Assembly (NCBI GenBank): GCA_951406725.2
Contig: OX597820.1
Location: forward strand, 64,790,001 to 64,854,000
Length of the DNA: 64,000 bases
Reading direction: 5' to 3'
DNA from: Octopus vulgaris
Taxonomy: Eukaryota
Position 1 is the stretch's first letter; each line of letters opens with the position of its first letter. A model generated the notes under the pieces. It did no database searches and had not been told where the DNA came from. It was given only the letters and a program-made list of their open reading frames with translations. Below, one piece after another: positions 39,180 to 53,399 of the stretch. Position numbers and translations under genes: made by a program.

Positions 39180-39780
39180 TATAATGAACTGTTTCTTTCA
39201 GAAACATTACAACGTCTCTTATCATGCACGTATGTCTATTTCATAGAAATGCCTAGTTAGTGTCGTAGACCATACCGATCTTCACTGTCAATAATGTATT
39301 ATTTATCGATATTGCAAATAGAAGAACAGCGTCGATATCAATTTGTTTCTTAGCGGTTTTAATGTAGCAATCGGAAGTAGTTCCCCTGTGCCATTTCCGT
39401 TAGTTCTCTCCGAATGTTCTCTCTCCAATTTCTAACAATTTTTTGGTACGGCCTAATTTAAGTCAACTGACAACAATACTGTCACAGCTCTTGTATTTGA
39501 GGTCTGCAATGTCATGCTCAGAGCTTTCAGAGTACACTTGTGTATCATTTGTGCATTCGGCTGAACAATCAGTGGGTGTATCTTATGATCTGGTTCGTTT
39601 CCTAGATCCTTAGCAACATTGCTAATACGGGAATAAATTATACCAACATCCAATGAGATAAAAACTAGAATGCATTATACAATCCCTAGTGAAAGGTTTC
39701 TTTGACAATAACTGGAGAAAAATCGTAGTAGTTAGGCTTTTAAGTTGAAAAGTTGTGACAATGAGCCAATATCTTAGAGA
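39180..39780 (-). mobile_element. Decayed RTE-type RT fragment
   Basis: Minus strand DVGIIYSRI..VLLSVDLN*A resembles GKI.SRI..FVDL.KAFD, followed by a degenerate KQ....A.LLFAI block. Confidence 0.5.
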
Positions 39781-40179
39781 AACCGGGAAGATGTTGGTTC
39801 ATTGAGTAACGACGAAGCAAATTTCAGCCTTTTTTTTTTTGGCCAACCTTATCAAAAATTAATTTTTCCTGTGACTAGCAGCATATTTTGGTTTGTTTTC
39901 ATTGATATATGCAGTTAATGCATTGGTATAATATGATGACTCTCTCAAATTCAGTAGCTCGCTTGTCGGCTAAATGTATTAAGAGGATAAAATTCTGATA
40001 GAATATTTTATACCTTAGTTAAATTCAAATACCTTAAATAAATGAATATGAAAATAGTATTATTTCATTCGAAACTATAGATTGAACATTACATTACTAG
40101 ATATTTTCGTTAGTTGATATTATTTATGTTCGGCACATTTGGATACACAATGTTTTTTAGTATAAATATACATTATTAT

Positions 40180-40520
40180 AGAGACTTCCAACACCTGATC
40201 GTGAAGCATAAACACTAAACTGCGTTTTCGTGATGCTATTCTACAACTGCCATTGCTTCCATCAGTGTCTATTCATTGACACGGCAAAACTTTGGGGTAC
40301 TGAAAGCCCGAAGACTTCCAAATCGAAAGTGTACGTCTGATAGTTTAGCTGCAATCTTGAATATAATATAACCTTCTCTTCTCTTTTCTTATCCAAATAA
40401 ATGTATCTGCCTCACCACAAAGTATTTACTGTACAAATGTGTGAGTATATCATCAGAAGAGAGCGTTCAAGTTCAAATAGGTTTCTCTTGATATTTATTT
40501 GTTAATATCACATGAATTCT
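40180..40520 (-). mobile_element. Helitron RepHel PIF1-like helicase C-terminal remnant
   Basis: Minus strand SDVHFRFGSL..V.QSFAVSMN resembles the helicase motif SD.PF.F.R.QFPV..AFAMTINKSQG. Confidence 0.5.
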
Positions 40521-40711
40521 TATTCAAATTACTATGATGCATATTTTCTGAGAAAATATTGATAATAATATAGATACGTACTAATTTATTTTATAAGGTA
40601 TTTTATGTTATCTGCATATTACAGTATTTGAACACATCATGTACATAACTCCCAGTATTTTGCAAAGCACTCTACTCATTCTGGAAATCCCCCGTCTCTC
40701 ATATTAGGCAG

Positions 40712-40868
40712 GGAAGTGAACTGGCAGAATCTTTACGACTTTACGTTCTGTGTTCGAATGCCAGCGAAATTGATTTTGACTCTCGTTCTTAAGTACTGGG
40801 GTAGATGTAACCGACTTATCACCTACACCGAAACTGCTGATCTTGTGCCAACATTTGAAGCAATATTG
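40712..40868 (+). mobile_element. SINE family A, internally deleted
   Basis: gaactggcagaatc..ctttacgttctgtgttcgaat..agtactggggtagatgtaaccgac..cttgtgccaacatttgaa. Confidence 0.7.
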
Positions 40869-41902
40869 TAAGCGTGCAACTCATTTAAATAATCTATAAT
40901 GCTAGTTAGTAATATATTTTTTTTTTAAGTTGGGAATAATAAAAAGCCAATGACTTAATCTTAGTACCTGACTGCTTTGTTAGTTTATTGTCTCATGAGA
41001 GATGGAGGGTAAAATCATCTTCAGGGTGATTTGATACTGATTTCTGACATAGACTCAAAGTTTCCGAATTTTGGAGAGCGGTAAAATTGGTTATATCAAC
41101 CCGATTATTTAATTGCTACTTTATAATATTTACAAAGAAATGGAGAAAGACAAAGCTTAAGCCAGTGGAACCTTAACTGAAAACGTGAAGAGTCATATCA
41201 ATAAACCTCAACGAATTTTGTACGATTCTCCATCGATTGAGCCAATCAGATGTTAAATTAACACTGAATTCGATGGCTTCTTTGGTTAACGTATGATCAA
41301 TGATTTTCCATCTCTGCCACTGTTGTAAAAGGGAAACTATTGAATAATCTTACATTGTGAGTAAAGTAACTTGCTCCAACCAAGATTAGAACATGGATCA
41401 ATGATTGAATATACTGGTATCTTATCTACGGCCCTGCAGAATTTACAGCTTTGGCTTTTATTAATGTTTTATATAGTTTTAATATATTACCGTTAGGACA
41501 CATATTTACAAGAATAGCCAACGTGGCGATATGTGTTATCGATGAGCCCATCCATATATTTTCCAATAAATGTTTAATGCGTATGACACAAAACACAATA
41601 TCGATTTCTTTCTAACAAAAACCCAATACGAACTTTGGTAGAAAATACATGTAGTCAACTAAATCAATTCCAATATATTACTGATAATTATTTTAGCGAT
41701 AACAAATCAATAAACAATCATATAGACATGGCTTTTGTATTGAACTCATGATGGTGGAGGACCAAGGTTAATAAAATATAAGCGCCGAAAATCTAATATT
41801 AATCTAATATTTCATAACAAATAGAAAATGGACGTGTTTATAGTTTTACTACTAAGAAATATGAGACCAAACATGGTGTGATGACATGATTCTTTATGCG
41901 CG

Positions 41903-41960
<58 letters not shown>

Positions 41961-42371
41961 CCTTTGTATGTGTCTCTGCATGTATGCCTGTGTCTATATA
42001 AGCGTGCGTACATAGGTATGCGCATAAGTTTGTTTGTGTTTGAGTATATGTATAAATTATATATATACGCATATTTATATACACGCATACATACGCATGC
42101 ATCTATGCGCAAAATTTATCCGACAGTACATGAAATTCGATACAGTCGACTAATCTAAAAATATAACCATACAGTCTTCCCGTGGGAAGAACATTATGAT
42201 CACTCGTAAGCGGTTTCGATTTTCTTTGATGCACTCCATCGGATTTCGGCATCCCAATGTTATCTTTCTTCTGCATAGTATATTCTTCCGACATTTAGGG
42301 ATTTAAATAAGTTGAAAAATCTGATTTGCATATATGGCGAATTAATCCTTGTATTCAGGTGCACACGCAGT

Positions 42372-42586
42372 ATCCTTTTGTACTCGAGGCACATGGCTCG
42401 AAACGTTTGGGGAGAGGGCCAGTCGATTAAATTGCCCCCAGTACACGACTGGTATTTAATTTATCGACTCCGAAATGATGAAAGGAAAAGTCGACCTCGG
42501 CGGAATTTGAACGCAGAATGTAAAGACAAACGAAATACCGGTAAGTATTTCACCGGGCGTGCTAACGTTTCTGCCAGCTCGCCGCC
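42372..42586 (-). mobile_element. SINE family A, full length
   Basis: tactcgaggcac..agtcgatt..ctggtatttaatttatcgac..agtcgacctcggcggaatttgaac..gctaacgtttctgccagctcgccgcc. Confidence 0.9.
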
Positions 42587-42644
42587 TTGTAACGCACGCA
42601 ATGTCAGCGAAGGACAACACCACTCCAAAAGATGTAGACAATAT

Positions 42645-42875
42645 ATTTCTTTATTGCTCACAAAGGGCTAAACATAGAGGGGACAAACAAAGACAGAAAA
42701 AGGGATTAAGTCGATTACGTCGACCCCCAGTGCGTAACTGGTACTTAATTTATCGAGCCCGAAAGGATGGAAGGCAAAGTCAACCTCGGCAAAATTTGAA
42801 CTCAGAATGTAACGGCAGGCGAAATACGGCTACGCATTTCACCCGGCGTGCTAAAGTTTCTGCCAGCTCGCCGCC
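42645..42875 (-). mobile_element. SINE family A, alternative-tail subfamily, full length
   Basis: Same head and core as 42372-42586, but the tail is ttctttattgctcacaaagggctaaacatagaggggacaaac. Confidence 0.9.
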
Positions 42876-43609
42876 TTGGTACGCACGTAGCGTCAGTGAA
42901 ACACTACACCGCTCCAATAGATATACACTATAGTAAGACTATAGTCTCAGATTTATGCCCCCTGGCAATTATAAATACACAGAGAACAACGTCTCCACAT
43001 GTTGAAATCTAGTGCCAAAAGAAATACTCTACTATCAATAAAATCTATTCTTTAAGAAAAAATGATAAAAAAAAGTTTTAAAATAAACTATATAATTTAG
43101 ATAGAGAAAAGACATACTAAGAGAGACATGGATATATAATTTTAAAATGCATCATTGCACTGTAACCGTATGTTGAAATCTCAAGTAAAAATTAGATTCG
43201 TCCACACAAATAATCAACTAAGACATAATAGAATTATTTTATGTATTAAACTGATATGTTTCAAATTGAATCTTACAACAAAAGGAATCAATGAACTAAA
43301 AAAATAATAAAGAGCAAAATTGAAGAGAGCAGAAAGATGATTTACCATACATGAAAGAATATACGTGTTTGCTTATATGTGGTTGTATGATTACCTATCC
43401 ACTTAACAGGTTTGTTGCTTATCACGCGACTCAACAATAGTGTCATTGATCGACGATTTCCGAAGAAGAAATTTGTAATTTTTCTCTATATAAAGTAGTA
43501 ATTTGTGATTTCTAAATAGCTTTTTAAGTTTAATGCTAGAATCTCTTCGTCCTTGACTCACTTACATAACATTACTGTCAAATATCGATAATGTACACAT
43601 ACGTATATG

Positions 43610-43610
<1 letters not shown>

Positions 43611-43654
<44 letters not shown>

Positions 43655-43663
43655 TGTGTGTGT

Positions 43664-43713
<50 letters not shown>

Positions 43714-43770
43714 ATGTATGTGTGTGTTTGTACATGTTTGTGTGTGTAAGAGAGACAGAGACAGACAGAC
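43611..43770. repeat. (TG)n microsatellite
   Basis: Read directly. Confidence 0.97.
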
Positions 43771-45967
43771 AAAGATTACGTGTCTGTGTTCTGAAATCAT
43801 CTTTCATTTCTTGACTCTATAAGGCCTTGCTTTTCACTCGATTTTCTGTTCTGCTGTTAACTTTAGTCGTAAAACCGTAACAAACTTTATGGATTAAACA
43901 TAAGATTACCAGACGTTTATACCCGTTAAATTTTCAAAAGACGCATAAATAATTTTTTTATTGATATGATATAGTGTAGTATACGATGTTCAGATCATAT
44001 CTTCAGTGATATATTTACAATTGGTATTGCACTTTTGTTTCATTTCATGTACCAATAACTTTCTATCATTAAAACTTATCTCCGACTCGACAATTTTCAC
44101 CGGAAATGCACACTATATTGTTTTGATATGCATGGCTACGTTATATCATGAATACTGAGTATATAAAAAGAAATTGCTGAAATCTGAAAGCACAGGTCTG
44201 GTGGTTCAGAATTGGTCTGCGGTTTACTAATAATAGGAAAATCAGCTGAAGCATTTAAAGCTTTTGAAGAATATATGTACAGTACCACCAACTGTCAATT
44301 TACTCGAAATAACAGCTTAATCGCCAGCAGATCACATGGAAATATGATGGAGAACGTCGTCCTCTTTAAACAGATTAAGCCAATGTAAAATATTCACTTA
44401 ACGAAGTTTGAGTCGTTGAAACAACAATAATCACAAAATTGCCATTGTATTAATCACTAATATAAGAAAAATGCATCAACTTGACATAAGATGGGGTAAA
44501 GATGATTTGTTAAACCCACTACTCGACCGGTAGATGTTTTATTATTAACGAGAAATGGACTACAAAGACGGTTTCTGTAGGATTTGAATGAAAACGTAGC
44601 TAAATTATTCTATTAATGTTACCAATCTATTGTCACTTATTGTGTTGTTTACGTTTGAATGTACTGAATGGATTTATGACATCAAAATATATAGTTTAAA
44701 GTACTGAAATAAATGCCAAAATTGATATATGCTTTCTCTCCTCGAAAAGAGACAAACTTTCGAAACGTTAGATTATTTCACATATCATGGTTAAAGAAAT
44801 CAATGAAATTTTTTTACAAAGATTAACCCGGAGTTTTTTTGTTTTGTTTTGTTTTTTGTCCACGTAGGCCAGCACCAACAGATTCCTTGAATAACAAATT
44901 TTATTGAAATATAGGAAAGTGAAAGTAGAGAGCACGGTGTGTATTGAATTTAATTCATATACATCACAATATTTTATTTAATTTTTAATCTATTGAAATA
45001 ATTTAAAGCTAAAATTGGAACCATGTAGAAGTAACAAGTGACATCAGTCAATGTAAAATAACGTCTGTCGAGTATTGGAACTGTTTCTCGATTGCAGGAG
45101 ACCGAGATTTTTACTTTGGCTCAATGAGTTATATAAATTTAATGCAGAAAATGTAGTGATTTTTTCATTTTACTTTTCATAGAATTCCTAGAAGTGATCT
45201 GCGACCTACATGCAATAGCCAAGAGCATTCAAAACGTTTAAAGTTGTAACAAAATAGGAAAAAACTATCAATAGAAAGCTAAAATGTTGTCTTTATGCAT
45301 ATTGACCAGGAATTCACTTCAACTACTGTGTACGGCACACATTAATCACGATATTTTGTATGAATATAATTAAAGAAATATCGAACGAAATCCAGGTTCG
45401 TGTACCTAGAGGCGATATATTATTTGAACGTGAATAAATCTCCATTACTTGAAGTGTAGGTTAGACGATAAAATTGCATACATATATACTTCACAACATA
45501 GCTGTGAAACTCTTATGGCCACACACGCTCACACACTTAGAAAAAACATTCAGACGCACACACATTCACACATTTATATGTGTATATTTATGTGTGGGTG
45601 TTTACATAGCGATAGGGCCTACTGAGTGAACATAGAGTGAGCACGAGGAACAACCCAATATTCAGACCCCACCAGTAGAGCAAACGGTTGTAAACAACGA
45701 GGACATATTGACATTGAAATGCTCGAAGACACAGCTAAAGACGGCGATGGTATTCATACTTACTTTAAAAATGCACGGAAACAATACTGGCTGAGAATTA
45801 CTTTAAATGCATTGACTGCAGTTGTGTAATTCCTACAGTGTGAAGCGAAGGTGAAAAGCAGATAGATGTTCACTTAGAAAAATGAAGCAAAATTTTCAGG
45901 CATAGAGCAGCATCTCCAAGAGAGAATGGATAACATCTTCTATATATATATATATATATGTATATAT

Positions 45968-46225
45968 TTCGTTTTGGGATTTGGTTGACAAGATTCTTTA
46001 TGTGAGTTCGTGTGTTGAAGCATATTCTCTTGTGTCTGGGGAGAGTCATTGTCTTTTAGTGTCTTATAATTTAACACACACACTGGTAAAATTTCCACTC
46101 AATTCCTTCTTTATTTTTCTAATATTTTCATGCGTCTTACAACCATTGCAATAGTTTTTAGTAAAAACTATTGAAGAAGTTGCAATAAGGCACTAAAAGA
46201 GAATGACTCACCCCAGACACAACAG
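45968..46225. mobile_element. Second copy of the Penelope-like foldback family seen at 3680-3975
   Basis: gatttggttgacaagattctttatgtgagttcgtgtgttgaagcatattc is the reverse complement of 3917-3965; internal palindrome tgtgtctggggagagtcatt / aatgactcaccccagacaca. Confidence 0.65.
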
Positions 46226-46240
46226 TATAAATGAGGGAAG

Positions 46241-46311
<71 letters not shown>

Positions 46312-46999
46312 GGCGGATGTTAAATGCAAATAGCTGCAGAAATTGCCAGTCATGTGGTCTTGTGAGTCATGAATTGGTGATTCTCCTCAGAAAGGATCCG
46401 AACAATTGGAGGGAGAGAAATTTTGGAAGCTTAATGTCTGAAGTTTTGTTAAATGCAGAGTTGAACTTTTTGGCCAATGTTTTAGCTATGAGGTTGACGC
46501 TTCTTCACGATTATTTTCGTGAATATGACACGTTTCTGTGTCATACAAAACCAAACAGATCTATGCTCAACGACTTGCAAAACATATCTGATACATAAAA
46601 ATGGGGCGAGTAAGAGAACTTGATCAATTTAGATGATCCGAACATTTCGATAGGGTCACGCTTCATTATTTGGCGGCGGCTCTGAAAGCAGCTTGTTTTG
46701 GTCTCATTTTCAGTTTGGATCACTGTAGTGTATTACAACATCTCTTCTGTGATCATAGTATATCGCAATTCATCGAACCATTTAGTATCATGCGTTCTGA
46801 TTATCAAGGGTGCCCTCTCTAACCCCTTAAATACGTGCTGACATTAGAACCACTACTTTAGAAGTTAAAGAATACGAGGACATCTCGCTTGAACTTGGAT
46901 GCATGCGCCTTCATTAGCAAACGACATCAACGCAATCCTGTCGGACACTAAACACAGCTAAGTGATCGGTAGAATACGAAGCGAACTGGATCACCACCT

Positions 47000-48050
47000 A
47001 ACCAAGAAAAACTGGTGAGCTTTAACCTTGGCACCAGGTGAGGTAGATCTCTCTCCCCTGACACCGTTGTGGACAACTTAGCAGACAGTTTAGACTGTTA
47101 AGAGGTTTGTGTGATCCGTCATTTATTACGGCATGACTTTGTTAAGTTGCCTGATTTATAAATGGTCAATTATGGGCTTACTTTGGCGGTAGCTGATTCC
47201 GATGTTTAGACGTTTCATTGATTAGCAGCATCCCAACGTTCCTGTGTTTCCTTAATGTAAGTAGATGTAGTCGCTATTTATCAAACTCTATCCTACAGTT
47301 CATATCTTTGATAAAGCAGCAGTCCTGGATCACACGTAGAGAGTTACATGGTGTTGCCAGACGCATGTGACCCTCTACAATATAGCTAATATGGTCGGTA
47401 GAATTTCCATCGTGGAGTTTATAGGGGATTAGTAGTGAGGGTCAATACGCCTTCGAGAGTGTTGTGGGCGTCAAAGAAAGTCAACTGGCTTTTCTGTTCC
47501 AGAGAACTTCTGTTCTGAGCCTATGGATGTTTTCCAGCAATACCAGCCTAGTAGTACTACCGAATTGCCTGTTCGGTACAAACTATACAAGCAAGATTGT
47601 GACGTTAGTCGGACCTGCTCGAGATGCACGCAAAGAGATGAAACTCTTTTGCATGTTCTTACACTGGTAGAGCATGCTGACTTCTTGAATTATATGAAAC
47701 TGCTTCTGTCACCTGTAGGACAATTCTTGCTATCAATCCGCTGCATCGTGACGACGCCCTGCCAATTTCCTTTAACTAGGAACGACGGCAGTTTTCATCT
47801 GTCTAGATACTATGGTGAAATAGTTTCTTTGGTGTGAAACTGAAAGAAATGAAAACAGAAACTTTCCATTTCACCTAATCCCTCATCGAATGCTTCAAGT
47901 CTCGCTTGAAAAGAAGGGCGAGAGTAGAGAGGGATGTGATTCACATCTACAAATTTATTGAAATGCAAGTGAATTAGATGAGTAGGGCTCGACTTAGATG
48001 GCTCCTTCTAAACTTGCATCTTAGAATGGCTAAAACAGAGGGCACAGGAG
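47000..48050 (+). mobile_element. Decayed L1/Tx1-type LINE, ORF2 C-terminus
   Basis: LPVRYKLYKQDCDVSRTCSRCTQRDETLLHVL resembles the Tx1 zinc-knuckle pattern LP....L.......C.RC...ET..H.L..C; frameshifts and stops surround it. Confidence 0.6.
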
Positions 48051-49078
48051 AGACCCATCTCTAGTACCCTTCGCAGCTGAGATGATCTGGAATCGGTAGG
48101 ATTCCTTGGTTACCCTGGAGCCCGTACTCAACTACTCAGGGATTTTGAATTTTGTATGTTCTCAACTGTTATATGGGAATATAAATATGTTTGCAAATTA
48201 TTTTTGTTATATGTTATTCTGTGTTCTGAATGCTTTTATTTTGATAAATGTTGCTTATGGACGATTCTTTTATGACTTCATTGCCTTCAGGTTCAGCTTA
48301 AGATATTTTCGAGCCCGACATCACAAAACGCGTCTGAATAAACATTGCGGTCAGCAAATAGAGACTTAGACATTGCTTAGAAGATATTTTTCATTTTTAA
48401 CCTTGTATATAGTACGCACGAGGGATTTTGACCTTTAAATTTTTGGGGGAAAAAATGCGGATTATACTTGAGGATTTACGGTATGCTTTTCATCCATTCA
48501 TCCATTATTTTCAAAATAAAGCACCATTCAAGTGCTGGGATCGATTTAATCTACTTATCCCCTTCCCTCAAAAATGCCTTGTAACTAAAATAGAAATAAT
48601 TCTTTTATTGAGAGTAGTCGTAAAGAACCACCTATAGAAGTATTTTGATGAACTGATAAATAATATACACAGGAATTAAGGAGAAAATAAAAAATACTGT
48701 TAAAGAGAAGTTATAAATATTTGAAAAAAAAAAGGAAAGGAAATTCAACACCAGAAAGAAGATAATATAAATACAGCAGCCATTAGCTACAGCTTCAATA
48801 TAAGAAATTAGAAGTTAAATGAACTGAAGAACCTAGATAGGAAACCCAGAATTCTACTTAGTGCTTTCCGATCCGACCGTACTAAAGATGATATAGATAG
48901 GATATACTTAGTATATGCACCGGGAGGGGTAGCATATATAAATAGAAAAATAATGAAGCAACAATAGTAGATGTAATAAAATAAAATAATGTAGAAATAA
49001 ACGATGTGAGACTGATTAGTATAAGACAATTTGAAAGACAAACGACAAAACTATACTATGTATCTTTCTCCCTCTCTT

Positions 49079-49202
<124 letters not shown>

Positions 49203-49437
49203 GTGTGAGAGTATAATAAAAGTAAAAACGAGAAGCTAAGTAGATTGAGGGGAAATGGTTTTGATGAAGATGCGATAACATAAATATTTATTAAAACCGC
49301 TATAAAAGTAATAGATATAATCAAATAGGAAGTAACACGAAACATAGAAGTGTGTATTTATAGCTTCTGTGTGTGTGTGTGTTTTTTAATGCTAAGACAA
49401 ACACAGTTATTGGTCATTATATATTATATACAAATGT

Positions 49438-49495
<58 letters not shown>

Positions 49496-49544
49496 GGATG
49501 GATGGATGGATGGATAGATGGATGGATAGATAGAGACACAGATG

Positions 49545-49615
<71 letters not shown>

Positions 49616-49702
49616 GGATGGATGGATGGATAGATGGATGGATAGATAGATACACAGATGGATAGATAGATAGATAGATAGATATATACCTACATGGATA
49701 GG

Positions 49703-49735
<33 letters not shown>
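49438..49735. repeat. (GATA)n/(GATG)n with a higher-order duplication of about 120 bp
   Basis: The block (GATA)n-(GATG)n-gatagagacacagatgga occurs twice. Confidence 0.9.
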
Positions 49736-49737
<2 letters not shown>

Positions 49738-50941
49738 ACAAAAGGCATGTGTATGCGTGTGGATAGATTTAGCCCACAACATATCCACACACATGTACAA
49801 CTCTGTATGCTTAAGTGTATCTATATACATATGTGTGTATATATAAAGACACACACACACATATAGTTATGTATGTATATTTACAAGTATTATCCATTTT
49901 GTTTTAACTATTGTCGACATATTCCTTTATCGTTGGCAAAATATTTTGCCTAATGCTTTTTCACTGTGTCTTTTTTCAGATGCGTTTTTGCAAGTCAAAA
50001 CACACGGAATCTCAGTCAGAATACTCTATTAAATTAGGACCAACCAATACATACATATGGATGTGTGTTTGCGTGTGTTCGTGTGTGTCCAACGAACTTG
50101 CTGAAGTTCCAGAGTAGTTAGATCGTTAAGTAGAATAGACGTGATAAGTACTTTTCCTCCCCTCTCTCCATATCCTGCTGAGGTCAACGTTGGCTTCCCT
50201 CCGGGGTCGATAAAAAATTCGCAATCCAAGGCGGAGGATTAGTTAAACTAATAGACTATCGGGCAAAATCTATTGCGCTATATATTCCAGCTCTTTGCTT
50301 TCTAACAGCAATGCTTGCATCGCCAAGGCGGGTTCTATGGCGATCTCTCCTTTGGTTATTCATAGCTAGGTTGGAGAGGAAGGCTTGTATATATGGAAGT
50401 ATATATGGAAATATAATGAACATTACCTCTTTATTTACTAGTTGCTGTACAGAGATTAAATAAAGAGGCAACTTTTATTAATAAATATCATCCACAACTC
50501 AACATGACCACACAACTTCATACAGGACACTACAAACCTTACTAATAATTCTACTAATTTCCATACATCCCATACACCATTCATATTCCAGTATTTATAG
50601 CTACCTTAATTGCATCACTTCCAGAACTGCTTACCTCCTTTGCATTTAATCCTTTCACTCGAGTATTATTAGACTCGACACCGTTTGGAAATCGGTGTTC
50701 ATTCAAAGTCAGTGAACAGCTTTCGACGATACCGGTATGACGTTGGATCTCTTTAATAATTTATAATAATGACTTTTATACCTCTTATTTCCACTCGATT
50801 TCATCTAATTGTGTATATATAAATCTTTACGTTTCATATAAAAGCCTTTATTTTATATATCCCATGTGCATTTTCTTTTTCCTTTTTACATTTCCCCTAT
50901 TTACACCACGTGTAGTCATTTTTCTTTGAAACCTATTTCTA

Positions 50942-50973
<32 letters not shown>

Positions 50974-51752
50974 TCATGAATCTTTCTGACTAATAATAAT
51001 CTACCTAATTTGCATAATTCAAATGATTGAGATACATATACACTGTATGGTTAGCAAAATCTAAATTTTTCATAAATATTTCGAATACCCAAAATGGTAA
51101 TTTCTTTTAACTTATATATGAATATATCTACGAAGACCTAACGTTATTGTTTTCCTAATTTGTATATAGATGAATAATTACTAATCTAATATAAAAAGTG
51201 CTTTTCATGTGACTCTAGTGGACAGTAAATCAATACTATATTTAGAAAATTTTACAACAATAATCTATTTTACAACGGTTTTTAGATTGTGGTCCACAAA
51301 TTTCGTGTGGAAATGTACGTTATGCAGCAAACAAATTTATATCTAAATACATTATACAGCACAGTAAAACTTAAGTATTTTAAATTAAGAAAATTCTGAA
51401 GCACTGGATTATAAGATATTTTTTAGTAGATAATGGTTTTGCAATCATATATGCGGTGTGCTACTGGCGGGCAGCAATTGTAGATGAAGCAATGCTTTAT
51501 AGATTAAGTTAAGGTAAGATTGGAAATAAAAATACAGAGGTAATTGCACTGAATATTTAAAATTTCAATTTTGTTTTTGGTTTTACATATTATAAAGATC
51601 TTAAAATTTTCAGTTGTAGGAAATCTTCCAATTTTCATTTGTTATAAGACGCATTTCATCTTTGTTTCGAATCGTCGGCTGGGCATAAGCCAAAGCAAAT
51701 ACGTTACGCTAAATAACCCTCTATAAAGCTGAAAGTTCATAAGGTCTTTATA

Positions 51753-51814
<62 letters not shown>

Positions 51815-51816
<2 letters not shown>

Positions 51817-52195
51817 CACATCGTGACTACCCGTCTGATTAGCGTACACCAGACACATGCATCACAACCATATGTGCGCGACCTTGCAGGTGGGGCCCAG
51901 TTAGAATTTTCTTCTGGTCGAGTAGCCCATCCCCATGTTTCCAAAGGTGAATTGTCCAAGCTTCTAAGAATTCCTTTCAACACACGGCTATGATGCTCCC
52001 CCACTACTTCTGCTTGTGATCAGAGATGCACATATCGTCAGCCACTAAGGGACATGCTCAACTGGTTAAGGTCAAACAAGAATATTTGCTGTAGCCCATC
52101 TTTTATACGAAGACAAAACAATGTACATGATAACACTTCCAATCAGTTCAGATCAGGAGCAATGTGAGCCACTGTTTGGTACTGCATGAAGGCAT

Positions 52196-52197
<2 letters not shown>
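51815..52197. mobile_element. About 380-bp interspersed repeat embedded in an (ATT)n array
   Basis: Comparatively GC-rich unique sequence flanked directly by (ATT)n at 51754-51814 and 52198-52292; resembles, from memory, a common octopus repeat. Confidence 0.55.
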
Positions 52198-52274
<77 letters not shown>

Positions 52275-52389
52275 TATTATTATTATTATTATGCTTTTAT
52301 TATTATTTATATTTTTATAACCATCACAAATCGTTAACTCTTCAGCAAGAGAAGAATGAATAACCTCTTACAGGTTAATATTTTCAGGG

Positions 52390-53290
52390 CATGTCTGCCT
52401 TGCAAAACCATCTTTGTGTAATTACAGTTATTGTCTTTATTACAAACAAATATCACAAACCGTTTCTTGCTATTTTCTTTCTGAGTGCAGGTAAGGTTTT
52501 CAGGTCGCTGTTCTATATTGCTTTATTCATAGTTATGAGCTAGAAAGGATATTCTCCATGCTGATTCCGCTATCGACGCCAGTTTTGGGGGATAATTTTA
52601 GAAAGTATAAGAAAGAGCAGTGCCTCTGGTGGTCAACTATCGTATGGAGACAATTCTTTCTAGATTAAGAATAGATTGCAAATTTTAATTTTAAACCCAA
52701 AAATTATTAAACAAAAGAAATTAGTGACCCTTTTGGTCTTATGGAACTAGCTGTCTACCATCGACCTTTTCGTAAGGACCCTAGATAGTCAATCTAGAGC
52801 AGAATATTTGCCACTGTTTTTATCGACTGTAATTTCCATGAGCGGAACAAATATTATTTACATAAGATTTCCAAGCAGTCCATATTACTCGCTATAAAAT
52901 CACAAGTTTCGTTACATATAATTTATGTCATCGTATATAACATCTTTTCATCTGAAGATGAAACAATAGAAGTTCCTCTGAAGTGATATTTTAGCTTCTT
53001 AACTAGATTAAACTAGTGTTTAAACCGTTACATTATCTAACTTTATTTACACGAAGTTCATTGTTTCAAATAACTTTATGTAATTTCAGCAGTGGATAAT
53101 GCAATGTTATTAGCCTTAGTTTAGATATAAAGGTTCCTACTTCCAATCTAGTTTGATATTCTGTAGACATCTTGGAATGAGTTTTCTGATAATGATCGTC
53201 AGTCATTTCGATCGAAACGTCTGAAATTTTAGCTTCAAAGTCTGCAAAAATGCTAACCTTATTAACAATGACGCATAAAAGACATTTAGG
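52390..53290 (-). mobile_element. Possible highly decayed Penelope-like ORF
   Basis: Minus-strand remnants EVG.FISK, MENILS(S)HN and CN....GFC resemble E.G.ISK and M..IIS.HN..CNC. Confidence 0.3.
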
Positions 53291-53308
53291 CACAAATACA
53301 CCCACATA

Positions 53309-53360
<52 letters not shown>

Positions 53361-53399
53361 TTTCAAATTTGTAATAGAAGCAGCACTAGCGTAATAAAC

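Noticed and set aside
50460-50700. Solo-LTR-like stretch with minus-strand TATAAA and AATAAA
   Set aside because: No identifiable TG..CA termini or TSD, and such motifs are common in AT-rich DNA.
52170-52195. Minus-strand TGCAGTACC, resembling part of U2 snRNA
   Set aside because: Only 9 nt match and no other U2 features are present.
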